Shown here piece after piece: positions 23,570 to 35,570 of a stretch of DNA of 64,000 bases. Source of the stretch: Gracilinanus agilis (lineage: Eukaryota); assembly GCF_016433145.1 (NCBI RefSeq), contig NC_058133.1, forward strand, positions 174,144,629 to 174,208,628, in the 5' to 3' direction. Every line of letters begins with the position of its first letter. Within the stretch, counting starts at the first letter, position 1. The position numbers were made by a program, and so were the translations under genes. The notes under the pieces are model-generated. The model did not search any database, was not told the origin of the DNA, and saw nothing but the letters and a program-made list of their open reading frames with translations.

Positions 23570-23975
23570 CTGTGGTTCCATTTCTCTTCTCCCACTCCCA
23601 ATATCCAGCCAGCTTCTGCCTGTGCTGGCGGGAGCCATGTTCGGCCTTCCTAAGGGTCTCCATTGTCTCCTTTTGCACACCTAGCTCTTTGCTCACTCAC
23701 TGTGAGAACTGCAGGCCTCTTCTGGTCAGGATTCCCTCCAGGATGGACTCTCCAAAGCAGCCCAGCCAAGGCTGTAAGTGGTTGGACAGGGAAGTCATTG
23801 GCGAATTGGTCCAGGCAGATGACTGCACAACTTTCAGGAGAGCTGGGTTGTTCTTAAACCAGATTCCCCCACTTAAAAGGAAGGAGGAGATGGAGTACTC
23901 GGGGCTTCAGCAGGCCTTACGTAGCACACAAGGCTGTTTTGACGTGTGGTGCTACAATTATTATATTACGTTAAA
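23570..23975 (-). other. Candidate promoter and first or internal exon of an unidentified gene
   Basis: Non-repetitive; pyrimidine-tract acceptor ctccttccttttaag at 23872; donors ACA|GTGAGT (exon end 23701) and CAG|GTACAA (exon end 23570); exon 23701-23871 is 171 nt and open in one frame; three ACGT cores upstream. Confidence 0.35.
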
Positions 23976-26179
23976 TATTATTAACAAGGATTTAATTTCA
24001 TTCCAAACATCTTGTGTCAAAGAGGCACCACTCTGCATAAGTGCAGTGAAATATGAGATTCTTGAGTCTTTAGTAGATGCCGAGCTGGAGACCCCAGTTA
24101 TTCCTACCCCCTTTCCCAACAGCCGCAGCCATGAAACTTTCATGACCCTTTCACCTTTAAACTTTGTTTGAACTTGGAAAGAAGACTTGTGAATTGGAAA
24201 GGGGGGTAGTATGGGGTGTGTGGGGAGGAGATGTGGAGGCTGGGGGGAAAAGGACTGATTATATGTTACCGTCACAGTAATACTAGGAAGATAATCCCCC
24301 TCTTGTGTATGGGTTTCTGCTACTGCAAACTAGAGGGTAATAAGCTCACATGACAGGCCCAGAGGCTAATACTGGCCTGTGCTTTTTTGGTACATATTTA
24401 AACAAAGGCTGATTATCCAAACAAGAATTGGGACTGCTGCAACCGGACCAGTTAAATTATAGTTAGTAAAACTTGGCGCCTTATGAGCCTGGAATGTTAC
24501 AATTACAGCTGGATCCTCATTTGTCAGGCCGCCTCACTAAACAAGAAAACCAGAGATTTTTTTATCCCTCCCCTCCGCCCCCCACCTCCCTGGATTCTGC
24601 TTAACTCCTTGGTGCAAAGATGAAAGTGCCAAATATCACAGCAGGGACTCAGGGAAAGCCTCTACCTTGCTAGAGCCTTCCAGAGCTGAGTTTGCTCAGT
24701 TGATTTTATAGAGTGCCTTTGAGGGAAGTGGGTGGAGGAGATGGGCTTGACCTATGTATGGTCTCTGGCTTTCATTTGTGTTGGGTGGGTGTCCAGTGTT
24801 CTGGACCATACACTGAGCTCCTTTTTTGGATGTTGTCCCTGAACAGAAATTGAAGTCATTAGTGCCCTCCTGCTTCCTTTCTGGGTCTGAAAAATTTTAA
24901 TGGAGAAAGAAAATTCCTTCTCCTAGACAGGTTCTCTGACTTAGACTCTTTAGCCTGTGGTTTTTGTTTTCCATGAATACCCTCACTTTTGACACCAAAG
25001 AGTCTTTGTGACTACTGGAATATAGTTCTACTTCCCCAGATTCTTAAATTTCTTCTTCTACTTAAAAATTTTTATTAACAGTTTTTAACTTTTTTAGAAA
25101 AAAAATCTGCCATTTTTTCTTCTTTTAAAGTTGCCTTCCTTGTGATTGAGGTCCATGGAATGGGTTAGGATTCATCTGATAATGAACTAGTTGAACTCCA
25201 GAAGACCATCCCAGACCAAGAATTAAACGGATGATGTAAATGATAATGATAATTACAATATTGATAACTGCTGAATTGCTTCGTTCAGATGATCTGAAAC
25301 AAACACACTTTGTTTGTAATGTTCGTTCGTTCGTTTGTTTGTTTGTAATGAAGCACAGCTTCATTAGCTTCTGTGATCGTTGTTTAGTCTCTGAGCTCAT
25401 CCCCAAATGTAGGATTCAAAGGGGATCTATAAGCAAGACGATTTCCCCAGAGTTTGACATACAGACTATGGCCTGATAATAAGACCCTGTTCTTTGGCAG
25501 TGAATTTTTCAGGGGCATAGAGAAGATGTAGGAGATAAGGTCACTTGTGAATGCTACTGTCCCTTTCCCAAAACCCATTTACAATTGGCCTATCTCATTC
25601 TGCCTCTCAGTTTTCCACAAGTTGTCCTCACTCTGTGCCTACCCAGAGCTGACCCTGCCAAGGGTTTGTTTTCCTTCCTTCCCTCTTTCTTAATATGCTC
25701 TGTTATTGCAATCCAGGCTTGTGGCTACTGGGAGGGGTGATTGGCAGGGTCAGTCAGAAATTAAGCTCTAAAATGCATCTTCCAGAGGTGGTGGGTAGAG
25801 ATTAGATTGGAGACCTGCTTCCTCTCTCAATTTTCAAGCCAGCTTTGACTATTACTTCATAGAAGAAGAAAAAAAATACTGAAAAGAGCTTGACAAAGAG
25901 TCCCCCTAATAAATAAGATGTCTCAATAACTGGGTCCCTGATAGATTTGTTTCCATTATTAACTTCCATTTCTATCAAAACTAGTGATTTTAAATTTTAA
26001 TTCCTCAGTTCATTTTTTTATATGTTGAGTTAGGCGTGTTGCAGTGTAGGGTAATGAATAGTTTCTTCTTAGAGGAAGATGAGATTCCAATAAGCATTTC
26101 AATGAGATGATAAGTTTTTGGAACCTCAAAACAAGCTAGAAAAATCGACATGATACTAATACCCAATTCACAAGATATT

Positions 26180-26820
26180 GTAAAGAAACTATTTTAAATA
26201 ATATATTATTTTCCCCCAATTACTTGTAAAAATCATTTTTAACATTTTAAAAAATTTCCAAATTCCAAATTCTCTCCTTCCTTTCTTTCCCCCCTCCTGA
26301 GATGGCAAGCAATCTGATATAAATTTTACATGTGCAATCATGTAAAACATTTTTCCATATTAGTCATTTTATTGAAGAACACTCAAACAAAAAATATGAA
26401 GAAAGAAAATGAAATATAGTATGATTCGGTCTGCATTAGCTCTTTCTCTGGAGGCAGATGGCATTTTTCATCATGAATCCTTTGGGATTGTCTTGGATCA
26501 TGGTTTTGCTGAGAAGAGCCAAATCATTCGCAGTTATTCTTTGTACAGTGTTGCTTTTAACTGTGCCCAGTGTTCTCCTGGTTCTGCTCACTTCATTCTG
26601 TATCAATGCATGTAAGTCTTTCCAGGTTTTCCTGAAATCATCCAGCTTGTCATTTCTTATCACACAATAGTATTTTATTACAATCATATTCCATCACTTG
26701 TTAAGCCATCCCTTAACTGATGGGCATCCTTTCAATTTCCAATTCTTTGCCACCACAAAAAGCACTGCTATTAATATTTTTGTATACATAGGTCCTTTTT
26801 CTTTTGGAAAGAAACTATTT
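26180..26820 (-). mobile_element. L1 3' end fragment (older marsupial L1)
   Basis: ttccaaattctctcc...tgtgcaatcatgtaaaacatt...ttccaattctttgccaccacaaaaagcactgctattaatatttttgta. Confidence 0.85.
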
Positions 26821-27189
26821 TTGTAAACCTTAAGCACTATATACATGTGTGTTAATTATGTATGGTGGAAGTTGTAGTCAGGTCTTGTCCTCTTGCATTC
26901 TCTCATCAAGCTAGGAAAGGAAGGATCAGAGATTGGGAGAGACATCTGTGAAGCCCTGGTGGAAATGTGAGGAAACACCTCCAGAACAATCAGACACTGA
27001 AATGGAAGGATAGCTTGATCTTTGGTGAATCCTGTGTTGCTTCAGTTGCTTAGAAAAGAAGATACAACCTCAGATCCTTCCAAGTCTAGCATGCAATACT
27101 CAATACATTGAGAATGGCACTGGTTTGGGGAGGAGGGGCAGTGTAGATTAGGTATTGTGCAAACAAACAGCTGCCAACTCATCCACCCT

Positions 27190-27390
27190 TCTAGGTGGCA
27201 GTGTGGTACAGAAGAAAGCATTCTGAATTGAGTATCAGAAGACCTGGTTTCAGATTCCACCTCTGTCCTGTGAAGATGGTCTTGGGAGAGTCACTTGCCC
27301 TTCCTGGAACTCAACTTCCTTCTCTATAAAATGAAAGAATTGAACTAGATTGCCTCTAAGATACTTTCCCGTTCTGTATCTATGATCTTT
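27190..27390 (+). mobile_element. MIR
   Basis: ggtggcagtgtggtacagaagaaagc...gacctggtttcagattcc...tctataaaatgaaagaattgaactagat. Confidence 0.75.
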
Positions 27391-28598
27391 ATGAGTTAAA
27401 CAGAGGACTTAGCAGTTCTCCCTTTTCCCTATCATATTCCATAGTGGAATGTAAGCTCTTTGAGGGCAGGGGAAATTTCATTTTTTAATTTTATGCATCA
27501 CCTACTTCATTGTGCCGCATATAGCAGATTCTTAACAAAAGTTTGTTGAACTGTATAAAATTAATCAGCTACATTTAAGCAGTGGTTCTGTGATGAATAT
27601 GAGGGGGAAAAAAACCAACTTCATTTACTCCGACAGGTGATCTCATTTAAATGTGTTAACGTTTCCAGAGTAGCCCAGGATAACATGTAGATGTTAAGTT
27701 CGAGATAATTCTAAAAGTATTAAAATTGGTTTTTTTAATTGGAAGAAAATTGCAGCTTTTTCCTATTTAAAATTAAGAAGTTAAAGATTTTTAATCAAGA
27801 TAATCTTGCAACTTCTTAAGGTGCAACTTATTTTGAAAGCAAAATGATCCCTACTTGAACAAAGAAAGTCCTAAGGAAAAATTGTGAGTTAATGTTTACT
27901 CTTTTAGTACTATTTTAATCAAATGACTTTACAACTTGACCTTTTGAATGTGAATATTTTTTTAAAAAGCACTAAGGTGTGTGAGACCAGAATTATTTCT
28001 TAGTGAAAGATTAGGACCTTAGGAATCTTTTATTTGAATCTTGAATATTCCATCAGCAATGGAAATGTTCTGGTTGAGATTTTCAGCAGCAAACCCAGGA
28101 TGGTTTCATTCTTCTGCTGATAAGATATTTGGAGCAGTGATCCAGATATGAGCAGATTTAAGAGGAAGGTAAAAGCATTTTGTGTCAACTCAGCCTTAAA
28201 ACTCTTTCACTTGAGAAATATAGGTTGGTGAGAATCAAACACAGAAGACACTACTGAGCTGAAACTTACTGTTTCCAACAGCTTCTCTTTTATCTCTGTA
28301 GGTATAGATGTAGAGAAAGGGATAGGAGCTACATCTGTGATTTCACTGATACAAGGAACTCGTACAGGAGGAAATTCCCTCCACCCATGCAAGTTAGCAC
28401 CTTTTCTACAATTTATAGTCTTAAGGAGTTGCCTAGATCACTTAAGGGTTAAGTGACTTTTAAGAGCTTTTATGTGTTAGAGACAGGACTTGAATCCAGG
28501 GCTTCCTGGCTTCAAGGCCAGGCTCTATGCCTCTGTATTAGGCTGCTAGAAATAGAGAGTGAAGGCAACACTATATTTTATTAAAAGTAGCTGGGTGG

Positions 28599-28782
28599 GG
28601 GCAGCTGGGTAGCTCAGTGGAGTGAGAGTCAGGCCTAGAGACAGGAGGTCCTAGGTTCAAACCTGGCCTCAGCCACTTCCCAGCTGTGTGACCCTGGGCA
28701 AGTCACTTGACCCCCATTGCCCACCCTTACCACTCTTCCACCTATGAGACAATACACCGAAGTACAAGGGTTTAAAAAAAAA
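28599..28782 (+). mobile_element. Young SINE1_Mdo-like SINE with a 16-bp target-site duplication
   Basis: Full head gggcagctgggtagctcagtgg, A tail, and TSD aaaagtagctgggtgg at 28583-28598 and 28783-28798. Confidence 0.95.
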
Positions 28783-29020
28783 AAAAGTAGCTGGGTGGCA
28801 CAGTGAATAGAGTCCTGAGCCTGGAGTCAGGAACATCTGAGTACATATATGACTTCAGACACTTAAGATAGCTATGTGACCCTGGGCAAGTCACTTAACC
28901 CCTTTTGCCTCAGCTTCCTCAACTATAAAAATGTATGAAGAAGGAAATGGCAAACCACTCTGGTATCTTTGCTAAGAAAACCCCAAAAAGAGGTCACAAA
29001 GAGTTGGACATGACTAAAAG
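28783..29020 (+). mobile_element. MAR1/MIR SINE (host of the young SINE)
   Basis: gtagctgggtggcacagtgaatagag...gaaggaaatggcaaaccactctggtatctttgctaagaaaacccc...gagttggacatgact. Confidence 0.85.
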
Positions 29021-29091
29021 CAAACAAAGAATTGAAATATTTTATTATTTAGTTCATGGATGTACATCTTTATTTTAGATGATTATAGAAA

Positions 29092-29092
<1 letters not shown>

Positions 29093-29134
<42 letters not shown>
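29093..29134. repeat. (CA)n microsatellite
   Basis: Direct inspection. Confidence 0.99.
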
Positions 29135-29136
<2 letters not shown>

Positions 29137-29602
29137 GGAAGCCTCAGTATATGCAAAGTAGTCACAGTAGTTCTTTTTTGTTATGACAAAAAAAATTGAA
29201 ACACCAACCCAAAAATGATGTCCCTTGAATGTAATGGAATCAGTTATTGCCCAACTATTATAAGAAGCAATGAATATGAAGAATTTAGAGAAATACTATA
29301 TGATATAAAACAAGATGAAGTAGTTAGTATCAAGAGAACTGTGTGCACAATAATTATAGCAGAGCAACTGAACAGAATACAGAAAAAAGCAGAACTCTCT
29401 TTAATTGTACTGACCAGTCTTAGTAACCAAGATCAGGTGTACAGATGTACCTCCTTCTCTGTAGTGAGGTAGGTTGGCTGTATTTGGAATATTGTATATG
29501 CCTGTGGGATCACTATGTTGCTTTATTTTGTTTAGCTGGTGATTTGTTTTTTTTTTTCTCACGAGGAAGAGTTAAATGTTCAAGGGTGGTAAGTATATTT
29601 GG

Positions 29603-29790
29603 GGGACAGCTAGGTAGTACAGTGGATAGAATACCAGGCCTGAAGTTAGGAGGACCCTAGGTTCAAATGTGATCTCAGAGACATCCTAGCTCTGTGACCC
29701 TTGGCAAATCACTTAACCCCAGTTGCCTAGCCCTTACCACTTTTCTGGCTCAAAATTGATAAGACGGAAGGTACAGGTTATTTGTTTTTT
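29603..29790 (+). mobile_element. Marsupial tRNA-derived SINE
   Basis: gggacagctaggtagtacagtggatagaataccagg...gcctagcccttaccacttttctgg. Confidence 0.85.
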
Positions 29791-31519
29791 TGTTGTTTTT
29801 TTTTTTTTTAAAGAGTGGTAGTGTATTTGGAAGTGATTATGATCCAAGTAAACAATGGAACACTAAAACTTATTGTTGATGACTCCCTTTTTAAAAAATA
29901 TATGTGAAAATATTTTTAAAATGAGACAGCTCCTAAAATACCTCTGAAAAATTACCAAATGGATGGCATTAGTCTCTAGTACATTTACATTTAAATGTAA
30001 CCCTTCCTTAGAAATACCTTTTTAAGGGAGGGAAAGAGATATAAGAGGAAATCTGGTTGATGTTAAGACAAAAGATCGATAAAAATCCAATTTTTACAAA
30101 AAGAATAAGACCACAGGACTAATTTTTAGGTATCCTTTTCACCCAATAGAAAAGTATTCAGGCCAATACAAAAAAAAATTCAAAATCTGTCCAATTTTAC
30201 ATTTGTTTTTCAATTGCATTAAATCTTTGTAGTCTGAGACAGCTTTCTCCTGAGAAGAATTTCATGGGTTTGAATCCAGAAACCACTCACCCTATACCAT
30301 GAATCTGATCAGTGAAGGGAAAAGTAGGATTCTCTGCCATTAACTATGTAACTGTCTTCAGTTATACTCCCAGAGGAGACTCTGATCTTATTTCTAGACT
30401 ATTGATGATACACTTCTTCTTCTGCTGAGATGGAGTTCTTATTGCTGTCCTTCCCGGAAAGGGTAGAGACTTTCTAAAGTCTTTTGCCTTATACTTCTTT
30501 CTCCTCTTCGTCCTGATCTCATGTGGCCAAAGCTAACTCTCAGGAGAGGGAATGGATTTATGAAGCCATAGTTGTTCTCTAAAGAGTCATGTGGATGGAG
30601 AAGCCAGTTTTTATTATCAGGCCCCTCCAGTAGAAGGCTATGTATGGTATATGGAGAATAAAGGGGAACTCCAGCATTCTAAATGTGGAGGGAAGAGATC
30701 ATCAAAATGCCAGATTACTCACTTTCCACTCATTTCTTTACAAGTAACTTGTATCCCAGCAATCTAAAGACATTGGAGAAATAATGTGTGAAAAAAAACA
30801 AACCACAGATTCTCTATGACAATGAAATGAAGCTGAGACAGAGCATTTAGGAGGGTTTCCCAAGGATAGACCAGCCTGTGGCAAGAAATAACTCTACTTC
30901 CTAGAGGGAAAGACAAGGGATCTGAACAAGAGCTGAGTGTCTCAAGATCTAGGACAAAACAGACTCTTTTCTATTAGCTTCTCATTACCTTCCACCAAGT
31001 ATTGTATTAGGTTTTCAGCCTTGCTGCAGTAACTTGAATGCCACCACAAATAAAGTCTCTGTAATTTGGAATATTCTTTAGGAAATTAGATAGCTATGCC
31101 AAGAAGGCAAGTGTGACTTGCTTGTCAGATCCCTAAAACAGAACAGTAGCTTTTTAGCTGAGAAATCAAGTCCAGATGTTTTATCGGGTCTCTTCCTCTC
31201 TATTAAGCCACTGTCGTTGTCCAGAAAGTAACCCACAAATGTGATTTGATGACAACAAAAGTTGTCATAGAGGCAACAGAAGTCACAGATGGAATACAGG
31301 ACTTAATTGGGAAGATGAGGGTTCAAATTTCATTTCAGACTCTTAATGTGATACTGAGCAAATCACATGCCATTGCTGAGTCTTGGCTTCCTCATCCACA
31401 AAGCAGGAATTAATAATAGAGTATCTTAAAGCATTGTTATGAATTTAAATTAATATCATGTTTACAAAATACTTTACTAATCTTAAAAGTTTATATATAT
31501 ACAAGCTAGTATGATTCCA

Positions 31520-32130
31520 AACACATCTCCAAGGACACTACCACCATCCTTCCAGACACCCTGTTTTGCCACCTCGGTCTCATCCTTGATTCTTCCCTCT
31601 CACCCATTGTATCAAGTTATATGCCAGTTCTTGTTGTTTATTTCTCCAGGGAGTAGTGCTTCCCTGTTTATCTCTCTTCCTCAATATTCTCACCATTCCA
31701 GTCCATCCTTCATACAGCTGCCATAATGATTTTCCTAAATTACTGGTCATGGAATTCCTCTATTCAATAAATTCCTGTGGCTCCCTATTGTATCTCTACG
31801 TTCAAATAAAAACTTCTCCATTTGTCATTTAAAACTCTTTACCACCTGACCCCTGCCTACTTTAAACTACTCATACTAGCCAACTGGATGTTTGGTACAC
31901 ATAGCTTCCTCCCTACTTTTTCATTGACAATCCCTCAGGCTTCCCTTCTACAGAATCCATAGTTTCCTTTAAAGGCCCAACTAAAATGCCACCTTCACCT
32001 TGAAGTCTTTCCTCATTTCTTCTTTCCCTGGCTACTAGAGCACTCTCCCCAAACTGCCTTGGCTTTATTTTGTATGTGTTACATATATTCTTTCTTAATT
32101 GCTTCCTCCATTAGAGTGTAAGCTGTTAAG
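31520..32130 (-). mobile_element. L2 fragment
   Basis: ctgccataatgattttcctaaat...gtggctccctattg...ttcaaataaaaacttctccatttgtcatttaaaactc...cctccattagagtgtaagct. Confidence 0.65.
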
Positions 32131-33459
32131 CATTGCATTTTAGAGTATTGACTGGTTTTCCTCGTTTTTTCTTCCTTTCTCTTTTTCTTTTTAAAAAATC
32201 TTTGTTATATGAACTATCTGGTGGGGTGAATAGGAGGGACACAAGAAAAAATTTAGATGATGTAAAAGCAAAATCAATAAAAATGTATTTTAAGAAATAT
32301 AAGCAGAAACTTATTTCTTGAGGACAGAAACTATTTCACTTTAGACTTTGCATCTTTAATAAAATTATATCTAATACACAGTATACATTTAATAAATGCT
32401 TACTGATTGATTTATCCATAATAAGGAATGAAAGCTACTCCACTGAGAACCTCTACAAGTACCTAAGCTGATTTGTCCAACATTCCTTTCTCCTTTCATT
32501 CTATTGATGTGGCCAATCTTAGAGCTTGAAGTATGGTTACATACCTTCTTATTCCTCCTTTCCCCTTGCAAGATTTTCACTGTCTTAAATGCCTTGTTAT
32601 CTGTGGGCTCCACTTTCTCATTTTGACTCCTAACCCACAACTGAATTTAGTAATGATTTTATTTACAAAGGAAAGTAAAGTTTATACCATTTACAATTAT
32701 ACACAAATTCTCAAAATGCTCATAAATCATCTCACCCATTAAACTGGCCACTATTAGACCTGTCGATCCCATCTAGTTTTCCCTGAATACATTAGGGGTT
32801 TATAGTTAAAACTGATCTACCATGATGAGTTCAGTAGTCCAACAAACCGTATTCATTAGTGCAGGATAATGAAAGAATACTGGATTTGGATCTAGACTTA
32901 AGTCCTTATACTGCTACCTTACTCCCTGTATGAATTTACACAAATCCATTACTGGCTTCTGGATCTAGATTTCCATATCTAGTAGGGGAAGAGGATTTTG
33001 GTAGGGGAAGAGGATTAATTGGATTCGATCTCTAAAGTCTAGTCCTTATTTTAATACTTTGAAACTATAAAGGTATAGAATGTCCCAAACTTAGACTGAC
33101 CTCCTCCTAGAAGGCTTCCAAGCAACCCCTTGACTCTATTCTCCTTCCAGTTTTGCTCACCTAACTCATTTTTGGGGATATAATAAATGCCATGCCTCCA
33201 GATAGTTGACAAGGGGCACAAATAATTGCCCTGCCCACATTCAGGTGTGATCATTTGGATAATTACAGTGTCTCAGACCTCCTCCACAAAGGAAGAATCT
33301 TTGTCCTAAAGGGTATCATACATAGCCATTCGTCTACCATTTCACCTTAATGACATATCTATATGACAGTTCATATGACAATCCAATTTTATACTCTTTT
33401 TTTCCCCACACCATTTTGAATGTTTTAGGATGGTATAGAATATGACCTTTAATCTTTTA

Positions 33460-33710
33460 TTTAAATATAATACTTTATTTTTTCCTAGTTACATGCAAAA
33501 ACGATTTTCAACATTTTGTTTGAGTTCCAAATTTTCTCCCTCCTGTGTTCCCCCCTTCTTGAGATAGCAAGCAACATAATCTAGGTTATATATGTGCAGT
33601 CATGCAAAGTGTATTTCTCTATTGGTCATGTTGTGGAAAAGGACTCATTTAAAAAAGAAAAAAGCCAACTTAAAAATAAAGTGAAAAATAATATGCTTTG
33701 ATCTTCACTG
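33460..33710 (-). mobile_element. L1 3'UTR fragment
   Basis: ttttcctagttacatgcaaaaacgattttcaaca...gagttccaaattttctccc...tgtgcagtcatgcaaa. Confidence 0.75.
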
Positions 33711-35349
33711 AATATCTTTCTAGTGCCACTGAATGTGAAATAAAGTACCTCCCAGCAAGAGACTTTTAGCAAAAACTAGACCCAGATCCAGGTGTTCCCA
33801 AGTTCTAAATCTGATTAAGTCACAGTGGGCAAGATGACAATCGTCAAACCATTAACTTGAAAATTTTATATATTTATTTCCCTGTTAACCACAAGTGAGG
33901 TTTTTTTCCCCCGTAACAATATAAATGAATTAATGAAAAAGTATGTATACAGTGCTCACTGTGTGCCAGGCACTGCACTTTATACAAGTACAGGGGTGAT
34001 ACAATTCTTCGTTCATTGGGGAGTTACAGGGATGATAAGTTGACATGCCATTGCCACAAACAATAGCATTGTTGATTTGATTACTGTGCCCCAAGTAAAA
34101 TGTGGAAGGACAAATCAGGCATATGCTGGTGGCAATTCTAATGGCAAGATGGCCAAGGTGGAAGACTGGATGGAAGATAAAGCATGATTTGGACCTAGCT
34201 AGATAGATATCAAGGCCTTCGTGAGTTTGCACTTATCAATAGAAACAATTCAAAGCCATTGGCAGGGGTTCTAAATCTTAAAAGATTAATATGCCCAGGA
34301 CTTTGATTTCTGGAGATCTGATCCAGAGGGTGCTGTTGCATGTTAAAGGATGCAGGGCAAAATGGCCAGGGAAGATGACTGGATGGGATGTGGAGCCCAG
34401 TCAGAAAGACTAGTGAGTAATAGATATTTACTAGACTTTTAATTCCATTCCATTCTTCAGGGACAAGAGCTGTTTGCATTTTTCCATGTATCATAGGTAA
34501 CCTATTAGTCTCCATAGTCTCCTAAGATACATCACTGAGATTTTTGCAGAGTAGGGAAACTCCATTAAGTCATTGCTTGCCCTAGACAAAATTGTGAAGT
34601 AGGTGTCTTACAGTGTCTTCCTGCTCCTTTCCATCTCTATTCTTTCACTTCGTGGTTCTTTGTCTCCTACCCAGGGTCTTAAAACAAAATCAAACAAGAA
34701 TCTCATAACAAATACTTAAAATATAAAGCATTTACTCATCAAATCTATTATACTTTCTGAGGAAATGAAGACTGTTGTGTACTAAATCCCGTGAAGTATT
34801 AGTTGAAAACAGCCTTAAAAGTGTTATCTCTTCTGAGGATGTGTTATCTTTCCCAAGACTCTCTGGGTCTCATTTTCTACATTTGTAAACTGACACACTT
34901 TAAACTTTGTATTTCCTATATGTAACAAGTTTAGTTCTCGCTCTCTCACACACACACACAAAAACACACACATGCACACATGCATGTATGCATGCACAAA
35001 CACAGAGCCGGAAATAAGCATATTTGGGAGAAGACTGCTAGAGACTTTGGGGAAAAAAGTTATCTCTAATTATTTTAAAATCATAATACTATATGAATTT
35101 CAAGTTGCTAACATACTTCATAGTTGTAGGATAAAAATTTGGGGGTTTATTTCAGTATTTTCAGTAGCTCTGATACAAAAGCATAAGGCACTTTCTGCTT
35201 CCTGGCACAGGGATATCTTGGTAGAGTTCAGAGCCCTAGTCTTTATGAGATCATTAATACAATATAATAAAGTATGTGAAATATCGTTATGCAAGAGCAA
35301 CTTAGATCAAATGAGGGTTTTTATTTTAATTGTTATAACTTAATGCTAC

Positions 35350-35570
35350 AGGGGCATCGAGGTAGCACAGTGGCGAGAGTGTCAGGCATGGAGCCAGGAG
35401 GACTTGGGTTCAAATCTGGCCTCAGATACTTCCTAGCTATATGACACCCCCCCCACCTATCCACCCAGGGCAAGTCACTTAACCTTGATTACCTAGCCCT
35501 TGCTGCTCTTCTGTCTTAGAATTAATACTATGACAAAAGATAAGGGTTAAAAACAAAAACAAAAACAAAA
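35350..35570 (+). mobile_element. Marsupial tRNA-derived SINE with (AAAAAC)n tail
   Basis: ggggcatcgaggtagcacagtggcgagagtgtcagg...ctcttctgtcttagaattaatac. Confidence 0.85.

Noticed and set aside
23570-23585. ATGGAACCACAG (MEPQ) as the NBR1 start
   Set aside because: The following sequence does not match the NBR1 PB1 domain (VTLNVTFKNE).
23921-23955. GTAGCAC-ACA...TGT-G-GTGCTAC hairpin as a pre-miRNA
   Set aside because: The stem is only about 10 bp and does not extend; too short for a Drosha substrate.
28599-28680. tRNA-like heads of SINEs as tRNA genes
   Set aside because: Each continues into a CORE/SINE body and A tail, so these are SINEs.
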